A stretch of DNA of 32,000 nt from Candidatus Iainarchaeum sp. (GCA_028700905.1 JAQVRT010000003.1:4212-36211), one strand, 5' to 3'; shown: positions 1-7,708, numbered from the stretch's first letter. The notes: generated by a model not told the origin, from the sequence alone. Translations and numbers: made by a program.

Positions 1-1
1 A

Positions 2-292
2 ATGGGGCTTATCTTACAAGTGCCAAATATTGAAAGTGCAGAAAAGATATTAATTAATAATAGAATTTCAGATCTTTTAATTACCTCTCAAAGATTAGAA
101 ATTGACTCTATTGATAAATTAGAAGAAAATTATATAAAAATATTTGATAAAAAAGAAGGTTATATAATAATTAATAGTGATAAAAAAGAAATTAATAAAA
201 ATAGTAATAAATACAGAATAATCTCTCAAAACATTAAATATATTAATAGTTCTAATAAAGAAATATATATAGAGATAGGAGTTAAGTATTAA
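2..292 (+). CDS. hypothetical protein, possibly the 3' end of a gene starting upstream of the window
   Basis: Open frame from the window edge to TAA at 290-292. Lys/Asn/Ile-rich with no motif recognised. The stop lies 1 nt before the next ATG (TAAtATG). Confidence 0.35.
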   Translation: MGLILQVPNIESAEKILINNRISDLLITSQRLEIDSIDKLEENYIKIFDKKEGYIIINSDKKEINKNSNKYRIISQNIKYINSSNKEIYIEIGVKY

Positions 293-293
293 T

Positions 294-1025
294 ATGTTTT
301 ATATTATTGGAATTGGACTTACAACAAAACAATTAAGTCTTGAAGCAAAAGAAGCAATTAAAAAATCAAAAGAAGTATATATCGATAATTATACAAATAT
401 TTTATCTTCAGGAGAAATTAATGAACTTGAAGAAACTATAGGAAAAGAAATTATTCAATTAAATAGAACTGAACTTGAACAAAAGCAAGAATATCTAAAA
501 AACGATTCTTGTCTTTTAGTAATTGGAAATCCATTATCTGCAACTACACATTACTCTCTTTTAGAAGAACTAAAAAAAAGAGATATAGAATACAAAATAA
601 TTGCAGGAATCTCAATTTTTAACTATAGAGGGTCATTTGGACTTTATGAATATAAATTTGGAAAAACAGTATCTATTGTGTATCCTGAAAAAAATTATTT
701 TCCTAAAAGCTTCTATAATCTAATATTAGATAATTTAAAAATAAATGCACACACCTTATGTCTTTTAGACATTAAAGTTTTAGAAAATAGATTTATGTCA
801 GCTAAAGAAGCTTGTGAGTTATTAGAAGAAATTGATATTGACAAAACATTAGAAAATAAAACTTGTGCTATGCTTTCTGGAATGGGATCTATTAATGAAA
901 AAATAATTACTTTTGATTTTAAAGATTATAAAAAATTAAAAGAATACCCTAAACCTCAAAGCTTAGTCATTTGTGCAGAATTAAATGAATTTGAAAAAGT
1001 GAGTGTTGATGAATACAGAAATTGA
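294..1025 (+). CDS. dph5: diphthine synthase (EF-2 diphthamide biosynthesis methyltransferase)
   Basis: MFYIIGIGL N-terminus, GNPLSATTH and YEYKFGKT motifs typical of the tetrapyrrole-methylase-fold Dph5/DphB. 243 aa. TGA stop at 1023-1025. Confidence 0.85.
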   Translation: MFYIIGIGLTTKQLSLEAKEAIKKSKEVYIDNYTNILSSGEINELEETIGKEIIQLNRTELEQKQEYLKNDSCLLVIGNPLSATTHYSLLEELKKRDIEYKIIAGISIFNYRGSFGLYEYKFGKTVSIVYPEKNYFPKSFYNLILDNLKINAHTLCLLDIKVLENRFMSAKEACELLEEIDIDKTLENKTCAMLSGMGSINEKIITFDFKDYKKLKEYPKPQSLVICAELNEFEKVSVDEYRN

Positions 1026-1296
1026 AGAATATTCTAAAAAATATAAAGAACTTTTAGAAAAAGCAATAAAGACTATTAAAATAAACATTGAAAATGAATC
1101 TTTCCTAAAAGACATGGCAAAAGATTATTTTCAAATGGCGAATAATTATCTTGAAGATGGAAAAGTTTTTCAAAAAAATAAAGACTTTAAAAGAGCCTTA
1201 GCATCTTTTTCTTATGCTTATGGATGGATAGATGCTGGGGTAAGAATAGGTTTATTTTATGGTATAGATAGAAACATGTTTACACTTTATAAATAA
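1009..1296 (+). CDS. DUF357-like small helical protein
   Basis: SFSYAYGWIDAGVRIGL motif resembles archaeal DUF357. The ORF track starts at GTG 1003, but the first ATG is 1009. Overlaps the dph5 3' end by 17 nt. Confidence 0.55.
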   Translation: MNTEIEEYSKKYKELLEKAIKTIKINIENESFLKDMAKDYFQMANNYLEDGKVFQKNKDFKRALASFSYAYGWIDAGVRIGLFYGIDRNMFTLYK

Positions 1297-1313
1297 AAAA
1301 GGAATTTTAAATT

Positions 1314-1811
1314 ATGAATGCTTATATTGATGGGAAAAGATGTATAGTTACATCAAATAATCTTAAATCAAAGCTTATTCAAAAAGGATTTGGAACTAAA
1401 AAAGAAGATTTATTAATTTTAGATTTATTTGAAAGTTATTTTCTTTTGGAAACTAAAAAAATAAAAATAACAAAAGATGAAAAAGAAATAACTGCAGATG
1501 AATTTAGAGGATATGTTAAAAAATATATCAAAGAATTTACAGATAAATATTTAGTTTATAAAGACTTTAGAGAAAAAGGATTTATTGTTAAAGATGGTGC
1601 TATTTTTGGATTTGATTTTAGAGTGTATGAAGGAAATAGTAAAACACACCAACATACAAAATATGTAGTAGATGTTAAAAGAACACATAAAGACGAAATG
1701 ACAAAAGTTATAAAATCTGAAAGACTTGCAAATAGTATAAAAACTAAATATGTAATTGCAATAATTGATCAAGAAGATAAAATTACAAAAATTAAATTAG
1801 AAAGAATTTAA
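1314..1811 (+). CDS. endA: tRNA-splicing (intron) endonuclease subunit
   Basis: GFIVKDGAIFGFDFRVYEG...HTKYVVDV...SIKTKYV carries the Tyr/His/Lys catalytic-domain pattern of archaeal EndA. 165 aa fits a short (alpha4-type) subunit. Confidence 0.8.
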   Translation: MNAYIDGKRCIVTSNNLKSKLIQKGFGTKKEDLLILDLFESYFLLETKKIKITKDEKEITADEFRGYVKKYIKEFTDKYLVYKDFREKGFIVKDGAIFGFDFRVYEGNSKTHQHTKYVVDVKRTHKDEMTKVIKSERLANSIKTKYVIAIIDQEDKITKIKLERI

Positions 1812-2251
1812 GAACACTTAGTTTCCCAATAACTTAAAGGACATTGTGTACTTCTTAATTGTACTTTTATTGGACGCACACCATTATAATCTTCAATTAT
1901 AAAATAGTTTGATTCACCTTTTGAAAGACCATTTGAATCTAAAACATCATTGTTAGAAAAATCTACATGTTTTGCATTATCAATAATTGTTACATTAAAA
2001 TTATAATCTTCTTGAAAATCTATTTTACCAGAATTAATAAAACTTGCAGTAATTGTTTCTTCTGAAACGTTATAAATACAAGAAACAAAATCAATGTATG
2101 CTCCAACACACTCTTTATTTACTGCATTATCAGCATCACTTGTATTTTTTGTAACAAAATCAGAACCCCAAGATAAAAGTATAGCAACTAATGCTAAAGA
2201 TACTACAATTAATAAAATAGTTGCGATTATAGGGCTTATTGCTTTTTTCAT
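1808..2251 (-). CDS. archaeal type IV pilin-like protein (class III signal peptide)
   Basis: N-terminus is MKKA|ISPIIATILLIVVSLALV: Lys-Lys-Ala, then a predicted prepilin peptidase cut site, then ISP and a hydrophobic helix. Cys at residues 48, 58, 137 and 146. Paralogous to the next two genes. Confidence 0.8.
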   Translation of the reverse strand: MKKAISPIIATILLIVVSLALVAILLSWGSDFVTKNTSDADNAVNKECVGAYIDFVSCIYNVSEETITASFINSGKIDFQEDYNFNVTIIDNAKHVDFSNNDVLDSNGLSKGESNYFIIEDYNGVRPIKVQLRSTQCPLSYWETKCS

Positions 2252-2296
2252 AAAAATTTCAAAATTTATAATTTAAAAAAAAATAAAAAAAGAAAA

Positions 2297-2322
2297 ACTT
2301 TCTTTATAATTATAAAGAAAGT
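2297..2322 (-). terminator. perfect 26-bp palindrome followed by a T-run on the minus strand (candidate terminator after the middle pilin gene)
   Basis: ACTTTCTTTATAATTATAAAGAAAGT is its own reverse complement. On the minus strand it is followed by TTTTCTTTTTTTATTTTTTTT, 20 nt downstream of the stop at 2342. Confidence 0.45.
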
Positions 2323-2341
2323 CTCTTTTTATTATATACAT

Positions 2342-2821
2342 CTATTGACAGTTTTTGATTTGTGCAACTGCATCTGAAGCACAATAGTTAGAGATTACTT
2401 CTACATCGTATCTTCCTGTTGCAGCTCCAGGGAAGTTTGCATCATCAACTGTAATTAATGCAGTTTGTCCAGGAGTTAAACCTGCCCATTCTGTTGTTGC
2501 AGTTTCAGATAAAGGTAAATTTAATGTTGAATTACCATCTGATGTGTTTCTAATATTTAATATTAAATCATCACCAGCAGAAATATCTACAGTACCTGTG
2601 TTTTTAACGTGAAATACTAACTCATTTGAATCATTTATCATACAATTTGATAATTGAATTGCAGCACCCATACAACTTGTGTCAACTACACCTGTTGCAT
2701 CAGAAAGACTGTCTGTTGTGAAAGATTTTCCCCAAGCAACAACGATTGCAATTAATGCTACAGCAACAACAATCAATAAAATAGTTGCGATTAATGGAGA
2801 TATTGCTTTTTTTAATTTCAT
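2342..2821 (-). CDS. archaeal type IV pilin-like protein (class III signal peptide)
   Basis: N-terminus is MKLKKA|ISPLIATILLIVVAVALIAIVVAWG. Cys at 50, 60, 147 and 158. Ala/Gly/Thr/Val-rich globular part. GGTGA lies 6 nt upstream of the ATG. Confidence 0.8.
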   Translation of the reverse strand: MKLKKAISPLIATILLIVVAVALIAIVVAWGKSFTTDSLSDATGVVDTSCMGAAIQLSNCMINDSNELVFHVKNTGTVDISAGDDLILNIRNTSDGNSTLNLPLSETATTEWAGLTPGQTALITVDDANFPGAATGRYDVEVISNYCASDAVAQIKNCQ

Positions 2822-2827
2822 TTTATA

Positions 2828-2832
2828 TCACC
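2828..2832 (-). promoter_or_regulatory. GGTGA Shine-Dalgarno-like element for the middle pilin
   Basis: The minus strand reads GGTGAtataaaATG. Confidence 0.5.
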
Positions 2833-2864
2833 TTATATTTTCATATTTATAATTTTTTTAAAAA

Positions 2865-3326
2865 TTAACTACATCTAGAGATATATGATACTCTATCAGG
2901 ACAATTTTTAACATGTGCTTGTACTCTCTTAAGAGGAGTTGCAAGACCTTTAACACCATCAATAGCATTTAAAGTTGAAGCTAAAGACATTGCATTACCA
3001 GTAAAATTTGGTTCAATTTCAACACTTGCAATCTCATCATCTGAATCAATTATTGTTAAAACAATATTTTGATCAATTTCAACTGTAGATCTATCAAATA
3101 ATATTAAAGTACCAAATCCATCTAAAGAAGTATAAGAACATCCAGAATCTATATATATATTAACATTACTACAATCTATCCATTCTGCAGAAGTATCTGA
3201 AACACTTGTTGTTGTATCTCTGAAATTTTGAGATGACCAGGAATATAATATCCCTGCAAGAGATAAAGCAACAGCAACTAAAAGAATGGTTGCAATTAAT
3301 GGAGATAATGCTTTTTTATTTTTCAT
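2865..3326 (-). CDS. archaeal type IV pilin-like protein (class III signal peptide)
   Basis: N-terminus is MKNKKA|LSPLIATILLVAVALSLAGILYSW. Cys at 52, 63, 142 and 152. ATATATATATAT element 15-27 nt upstream of the ATG. Confidence 0.8.
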   Translation of the reverse strand: MKNKKALSPLIATILLVAVALSLAGILYSWSSQNFRDTTTSVSDTSAEWIDCSNVNIYIDSGCSYTSLDGFGTLILFDRSTVEIDQNIVLTIIDSDDEIASVEIEPNFTGNAMSLASTLNAIDGVKGLATPLKRVQAHVKNCPDRVSYISRCS

Positions 3327-3423
3327 TTTTTTTCATTTTAATATATATATATTTATCTTAAATTATAATAATATATAAACTATAACATATATAAACCTAT
3401 CTTCTTTAAATTACAAATTAAGA

Positions 3424-4275
3424 TTACAAGAAAATTGCTGAAACAATTACATATATAGGAACTGAAACCCCAACAAGAATAATTGAATGCCGTATCCCTG
3501 CAACAAAATTGTTTTCTGAAATCAATCCAATTGTCGGACCTGCAAATAAACCTTGAATAACAATTAAATATAAAAAGTATTTATTGAAATTAACATCAGA
3601 CATTGAAGATGCATTTGTAGCTCCTTCTCCAGTTAATGATACTGTACTACCACTAAGCATTGGCAGAAAAACTATTTGTATAATTAAAATAATTGCAATG
3701 AAAACAAAAAACATAAAGTAACTTGAAAAAACAGTAGAAAAAGTTTTAGATTTTCTTTCTTCTACCATATCGTTTATTGTTTTTACATAATCTGAAATGG
3801 ATGCAAATATCTTAATAATATTTCCACCAACTTTTGTAGTTTCAGAAATGATTTGTGTAATTTGTGCAAAAACAGTACTATCAATATTTCCAAAAACATC
3901 ATTTAAAGCAACATCAAAAGGAACACCAATTTTTATTTGTGCGGCAATTCTTTTAATTGGTTCATTTAAATGACCATAATCGTGTCTTGATGCAACTTCA
4001 ATAGCAGTTACAATATTCATACCACCTTGTAAAAGATCTTTTAGGTCATCTAAAAACACATAAAGATTTCTTTCATAAGACTTTATTCTTGCAGTGTATA
4101 TTTTTGCAGCAATACCTATAGCTGCAAGTAAAGGAAAAATTGAAAATACTAAAAACTTAGTGTTCATTAATAATACAAAAAAAACAATAGAACCTACAGA
4201 ACCATAAATAACATAATCTACGAAAAACTTTTGTTTTTCTGAAAGTGTTATTCCAAATTCTTTTTTCAAATCCAT
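3424..4275 (-). CDS. type IV filament platform protein, single T2SSF domain (TadC/FlaJ C-half-like)
   Basis: Polytopic membrane protein. Its cytoplasmic helical segment (LKDLLQGGMNIVTAIEVASR...IKIGVPFDVALNDV) is typical of GspF/PilC/TadC T2SSF domains. The start is 7 nt after the stop of the preceding T2SSF gene. Confidence 0.75.
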   Translation of the reverse strand: MDLKKEFGITLSEKQKFFVDYVIYGSVGSIVFFVLLMNTKFLVFSIFPLLAAIGIAAKIYTARIKSYERNLYVFLDDLKDLLQGGMNIVTAIEVASRHDYGHLNEPIKRIAAQIKIGVPFDVALNDVFGNIDSTVFAQITQIISETTKVGGNIIKIFASISDYVKTINDMVEERKSKTFSTVFSSYFMFFVFIAIILIIQIVFLPMLSGSTVSLTGEGATNASSMSDVNFNKYFLYLIVIQGLFAGPTIGLISENNFVAGIRHSIILVGVSVPIYVIVSAIFL

Positions 4276-4282
4276 ATTTTAT

Positions 4283-5158
4283 CTAACCACTAACTAAATT
4301 TAAAACAGCTATAAATGAAATATTAATTATTGGAACCATTAAAAATATTCCAATCTGTAATACAGTGTTTATACTTAAACCTGCAACACCACCACCAACC
4401 ATACCTAAAAGCATTATACCAGAAAATAAAAATAATGGTCCTGCAACAACAATAGCAGAATAAATATCACCAAAAGTTTCTGCTTTTTGATTTTGATTGT
4501 TAAGTAAAAGATTATATTGAAATCTTGCATGCTCTGCTTTTTTTTTCATAAATTCTGGCAAAGATCCACCAGCTTCAATATTTGATTTTAAATCAAGTAA
4601 AAATTTTTTAAGTTCATAAGAAGGAGTTTTTCTTGCAGAAATATCAATTGCTTCCAGAAGAGAAATTCCTAAATTATTTACATAATAAGTTATTTTTGTA
4701 AACTCTTTATCTAAATATTGACTTTTATCCTTTATTGTTTTTGTTGAAAAAATTGCAATTGGAGGTGCACCAGATTCTGCAACACTTGACATTCCAATAA
4801 TTGCTAAAGGTAATGCATTCTTAATACTTGTAACTTTATTTCCAATAATTAAATAAGGATTAAAAACTGCATATCCCACAAATACAATGAAAATAGATAA
4901 TGCTAAAATTACAACTAACTTTAAACTTATAATATCTGGAACTAAATTACTTGCAACAGTTCCAAAAATTAATATCATGAAAAGTATAAATAATGCAAAA
5001 AATAAATTTTTTGAAAAATAAACATCTATATCTACAGTTATGTCTGCTTGACTTAAAGCCTCTTCAAAATCATCTGACTGAATATTTTTTGTAAAAGGCA
5101 AGAATAATCTATATAGTTCTTCTTCAAAACTAATTTTTTCTTTCTTTTTTGGAGCCAT
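4283..5158 (-). CDS. type IV filament platform protein, single T2SSF domain (TadB/FlaJ N-half-like)
   Basis: GISLLEAIDISARKTPSYELKKFLLDLKSNIEAGGSLPEFM matches the T2SSF pattern and is flanked by TM helices. I trimmed the start to ATG 5158 (MAPKKKEK). The track's upstream 98 codons overlap the divergent gene at 5262 and look like junk hydrophobic sequence. Confidence 0.7.
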   Translation of the reverse strand: MAPKKKEKISFEEELYRLFLPFTKNIQSDDFEEALSQADITVDIDVYFSKNLFFALFILFMILIFGTVASNLVPDIISLKLVVILALSIFIVFVGYAVFNPYLIIGNKVTSIKNALPLAIIGMSSVAESGAPPIAIFSTKTIKDKSQYLDKEFTKITYYVNNLGISLLEAIDISARKTPSYELKKFLLDLKSNIEAGGSLPEFMKKKAEHARFQYNLLLNNQNQKAETFGDIYSAIVVAGPLFLFSGIMLLGMVGGGVAGLSINTVLQIGIFLMVPIINISFIAVLNLVSG

Positions 5159-5261
5159 ATAAAATATATTTATAATTTTTAATAATTTATAAGACCATTT
5201 TATTTTTATATCTTTCTTTTTAATAGATATTAATAATAGACTTACAAAAATTTGAAAAACA

Positions 5262-5999
5262 ATGATAGATACAGAATTTAATAAAACCTTAGAAAAAATA
5301 TTTTCTAAAAATATAGATTCAATGACAATTAATCTAGGGATGCCTAGAAGTAAAATTTTTAGAGATTTTATTAATAATTTTACAAAAGAACAAAAAAAAG
5401 AAATTATTGAAATAACCTCTAGAGTTTTAAAAGGAAATAATATTGAAAACAAAAGAGAAGTTATAAGAGACCTTTTACTTTTAAATTATGGAAAAGTATA
5501 CCGAAATAAAGATGTGAATAGAAGCATAGTGTCTCAATTAAGAAACCTAGACAAAGGTTTTTTTCTAAAAAATAACACTCAATCATTAACTTTTGAACAA
5601 ACTTGTAATCAAACATATAAAGGTTTTTTAAGATCATTAAAATCTGAAACTTTACAGACTGCAAAAGTAAAAATAGATGGCAAACTTACAAGAGTATTTA
5701 TAAAAGATAGAATTGGAGAATATGGTGGGCTTGAAGGAAGAAATTTATTATTTATAAATCCTCAAACTCTTAATGTATATTCATTTAAATCAGACCAAAA
5801 TGGAAAAATTACAAATTTCTTAAAAAGAATAGACTTTGAGAAAGGAAATATAAAAATAAGCCAAGAAGTTAAACAATATGCATATGCATTTAAAAAAGAA
5901 CTTTATGAAAAAATAAAAGAAAATTATTTTAAAAATAAAAAACCAATATCTTTTAAAAAAACCGTTAAAAAGAAACCCATTATTAATAAAAAAAAATAA
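5262..5999 (+). CDS. hypothetical Lys-rich cytoplasmic protein
   Basis: Long uninterrupted ORF divergent from the pilus module, with a basic C-terminal tail (KKTVKKKPIINKKK). No motif recognised. Confidence 0.5.
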   Translation: MIDTEFNKTLEKIFSKNIDSMTINLGMPRSKIFRDFINNFTKEQKKEIIEITSRVLKGNNIENKREVIRDLLLLNYGKVYRNKDVNRSIVSQLRNLDKGFFLKNNTQSLTFEQTCNQTYKGFLRSLKSETLQTAKVKIDGKLTRVFIKDRIGEYGGLEGRNLLFINPQTLNVYSFKSDQNGKITNFLKRIDFEKGNIKISQEVKQYAYAFKKELYEKIKENYFKNKKPISFKKTVKKKPIINKKK

Positions 6000-7109
6000 T
6001 TAAATATTAAACTCAACAACATCTCTATTTTTTAAAACATAATTTTTAGATACTGTTTGACCAGGATATTTTGTAGAACCCCATACTTTTGCTGATTTTA
6101 ATTGTTTATAAAAATTTTTGTGAATTAATTTTGCAGCATCTAAAACAGTATTGCCTTTATCAATAACTAAAGGTTCTGTTTTATCTACTTTTTGTCCAGG
6201 TTTTTTAGTAAAGACAATTACACTTTCTAAAATTTCAAAAATTTTTTCAGTAACCTCTTGCTTTTGAGAAAAATCAAAAACAGGCATATTTTTATAAAAA
6301 GTACTTTTATTAAAAGATTTAGAAAAAGGCATAGAAACAACAATAGCAGATTTAAAAGAAGCTCGAGGATTAATTAAAAGCATTAAATCATCTAAATGCG
6401 TCTCTTGATTTAAAATTATATTGTGGGCTCTAAATCCAGAAGATTTTAAAATATCTATCGCTTGATCTTTTGGAACTTTTAAAAAATGATCATTTACAAA
6501 TGAAATACCAGAAAATTCACTTTTTGAAATCTGGATATTTGGTTTTTTCTTTGTAATAAAAACATCTTGTTTTTCAAGAATAGAAATCAAACGTTTTAAT
6601 TCATCAATTGAACCATCTTTAATAACTAAAACTAATGCATCACAAACTCTAATCATTGAAAAAATTTGAGGAGTTAATTCATGTCTTTCAAGAAAAGAAG
6701 GTAATTCAATTAATTGTATTAAAGCACCACCATAATTTAAAATACCAACTTCTGGTTTTTTTGTAGTATAAGGATATGCAGCAATCAAAGGTTTAGAATT
6801 TGTATATTCTGTTAAAAAAGTACTTTTTCCAGAATTTGCATCTCCAAAAAGAAGTATTTGTCCAGCACCTTCTTTTTTAATATTTATGGTATTACCAGTT
6901 CTCTTTCCCGCAGCAATTGCTTGTTTTTCCATTTTAGATTTTAAAGCAGCAAGTTTTCTTGAAAGATCTTTTCTTAAATTTTCTCCACCTTTATGGGCAG
7001 GAGCACGAGAAATCATTTCTTGTAAAGCAATTATCTTTTCTTCATCATTTCTAGCTTCATCAAATTTTTTTTGAGCTAAAGCAAACTCAAAAGATACATT
7101 TGCAGGCAT
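6000..7109 (-). CDS. DRG/COG1163-family P-loop NTPase with C-terminal TGS domain (G3 and G4 motifs degenerate)
   Basis: G1 is GDANSGKST and G2 is YPYTT. The sequence aligns with DRG through IQLIELPSFLE and the KPNIQISK insertion. TGS-like C-terminus (VIVFTKKPGQ...AKVWG). The start overlaps the upstream stop by 1 nt (TAATG). Confidence 0.8.
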   Translation of the reverse strand: MPANVSFEFALAQKKFDEARNDEEKIIALQEMISRAPAHKGGENLRKDLSRKLAALKSKMEKQAIAAGKRTGNTINIKKEGAGQILLFGDANSGKSTFLTEYTNSKPLIAAYPYTTKKPEVGILNYGGALIQLIELPSFLERHELTPQIFSMIRVCDALVLVIKDGSIDELKRLISILEKQDVFITKKKPNIQISKSEFSGISFVNDHFLKVPKDQAIDILKSSGFRAHNIILNQETHLDDLMLLINPRASFKSAIVVSMPFSKSFNKSTFYKNMPVFDFSQKQEVTEKIFEILESVIVFTKKPGQKVDKTEPLVIDKGNTVLDAAKLIHKNFYKQLKSAKVWGSTKYPGQTVSKNYVLKNRDVVEFNI

Positions 7110-7699
7110 TACTGATCACTTATTTTTAAAATAATTAATTTTTCAAAAAAGATATTTTTTTCAGAAATAAGTTGGTATTTAAGTTTATTATATTTCAATT
7201 CAAAATAAATTTCATCAAGATTATTATGAGAAGAAACTAAAAGATAACAAACACCATTCTCTTTTAAAAAATGAGGTAATTGAGAAATAAATCTTAAAAT
7301 TATTTCATTACCTTCTCTACCACCATCAGTTGAAAGAACTTCAATTTCTTCTGATGGAACATATGGTGGATTAAAAACAATACAATCAAATTTTTCATCT
7401 TCAATTGCAGAAAATAAATCAGATTGAATTATTGTTTGATTTTTTAAAGAATATTTTTCTTTAAGTAATTTAAGATGATTTATTACATTTTCATCAATAT
7501 CTACAGAGATTATTTTTTTAAAAAAAGGAGATGCTTTTAGAGATATTATTCCAGAACCTGAACCTATCTCTAAAAAAGATTTATCACTTTTTACAAATTC
7601 TTTCTCTAAAGAATCTAACATTAAAAAAGTATCTTCTAAGGGAGGGTAAACCTCTTTTGAAAGATTTAAAAGAAAATCTTTATAATTAAATTGAACCAT
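7109..7699 (-). CDS. HemK/Mtq2-like N5-glutamine (release factor) methyltransferase
   Basis: SAM motif LEIGSGSGIISL and catalytic FNPPYVP (NPPY). About 196 aa from ATG 7699 (MVQFNYKDF). The track's longer N-terminus overlaps TatD and looks spurious. Confidence 0.75.
   Translation of the reverse strand: MVQFNYKDFLLNLSKEVYPPLEDTFLMLDSLEKEFVKSDKSFLEIGSGSGIISLKASPFFKKIISVDIDENVINHLKLLKEKYSLKNQTIIQSDLFSAIEDEKFDCIVFNPPYVPSEEIEVLSTDGGREGNEIILRFISQLPHFLKENGVCYLLVSSHNNLDEIYFELKYNKLKYQLISEKNIFFEKLIILKISDQ
7116..7119 (-). promoter_or_regulatory. GTGA(TC) Shine-Dalgarno-like core for the DRG-like gene, inside the last codons of the methyltransferase
   Basis: The minus strand reads GTGATCAGTAATG, so the core is 6 nt before the ATG, and the upstream TAA shares one base with that ATG. 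Confidence 0.5.
7679..7690 (+). promoter_or_regulatory. TATA-like element positioned for a leaderless tatD transcript
   Basis: TTTATAATTAAA is centred about 25 nt upstream of ATG 7709. It lies inside the first codons of the divergent methyltransferase gene. Confidence 0.35.
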
Positions 7700-7708
7700 A
7701 TATAATAT

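Noticed and set aside
2342-2821. The middle pilin gene looked GC-richer than its surroundings, suggesting horizontal transfer.
   Set aside because: My hand count of 2341-2460 gives 45/120 G+C. A 60-nt line inside cdc48 (10201-10260) gives 21/60, while Lys/Asn-rich orphan regions give about 7-8/60. The contrast tracks amino-acid composition (Ala/Gly/Thr/Val-rich or conserved proteins) rather than foreign origin.
4276-4285. The two T2SSF genes as a single frameshifted pseudogene.
   Set aside because: Not excluded, but it seems less likely. The upstream ORF ends cleanly at TAG, and the downstream ORF begins with its own ATG 7 nt later and a plausible soluble N-terminus. Both halves are intact, with full TM complements. 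I kept this as an alternative under the split-platform finding.
5159-5452. Long N-terminal extensions in the ORF track for three genes: the T2SSF gene (to 5452), the methyltransferase (to 7822) and orc1/cdc6 (to 21528).
   Set aside because: The extensions overlap the divergent neighbouring genes, encode hydrophobic junk, and precede internal ATGs where family-typical N-termini begin (MAPKKKEK at 5158, MVQFNYKDF at 7699, MSDNIFYEYL at 21366).
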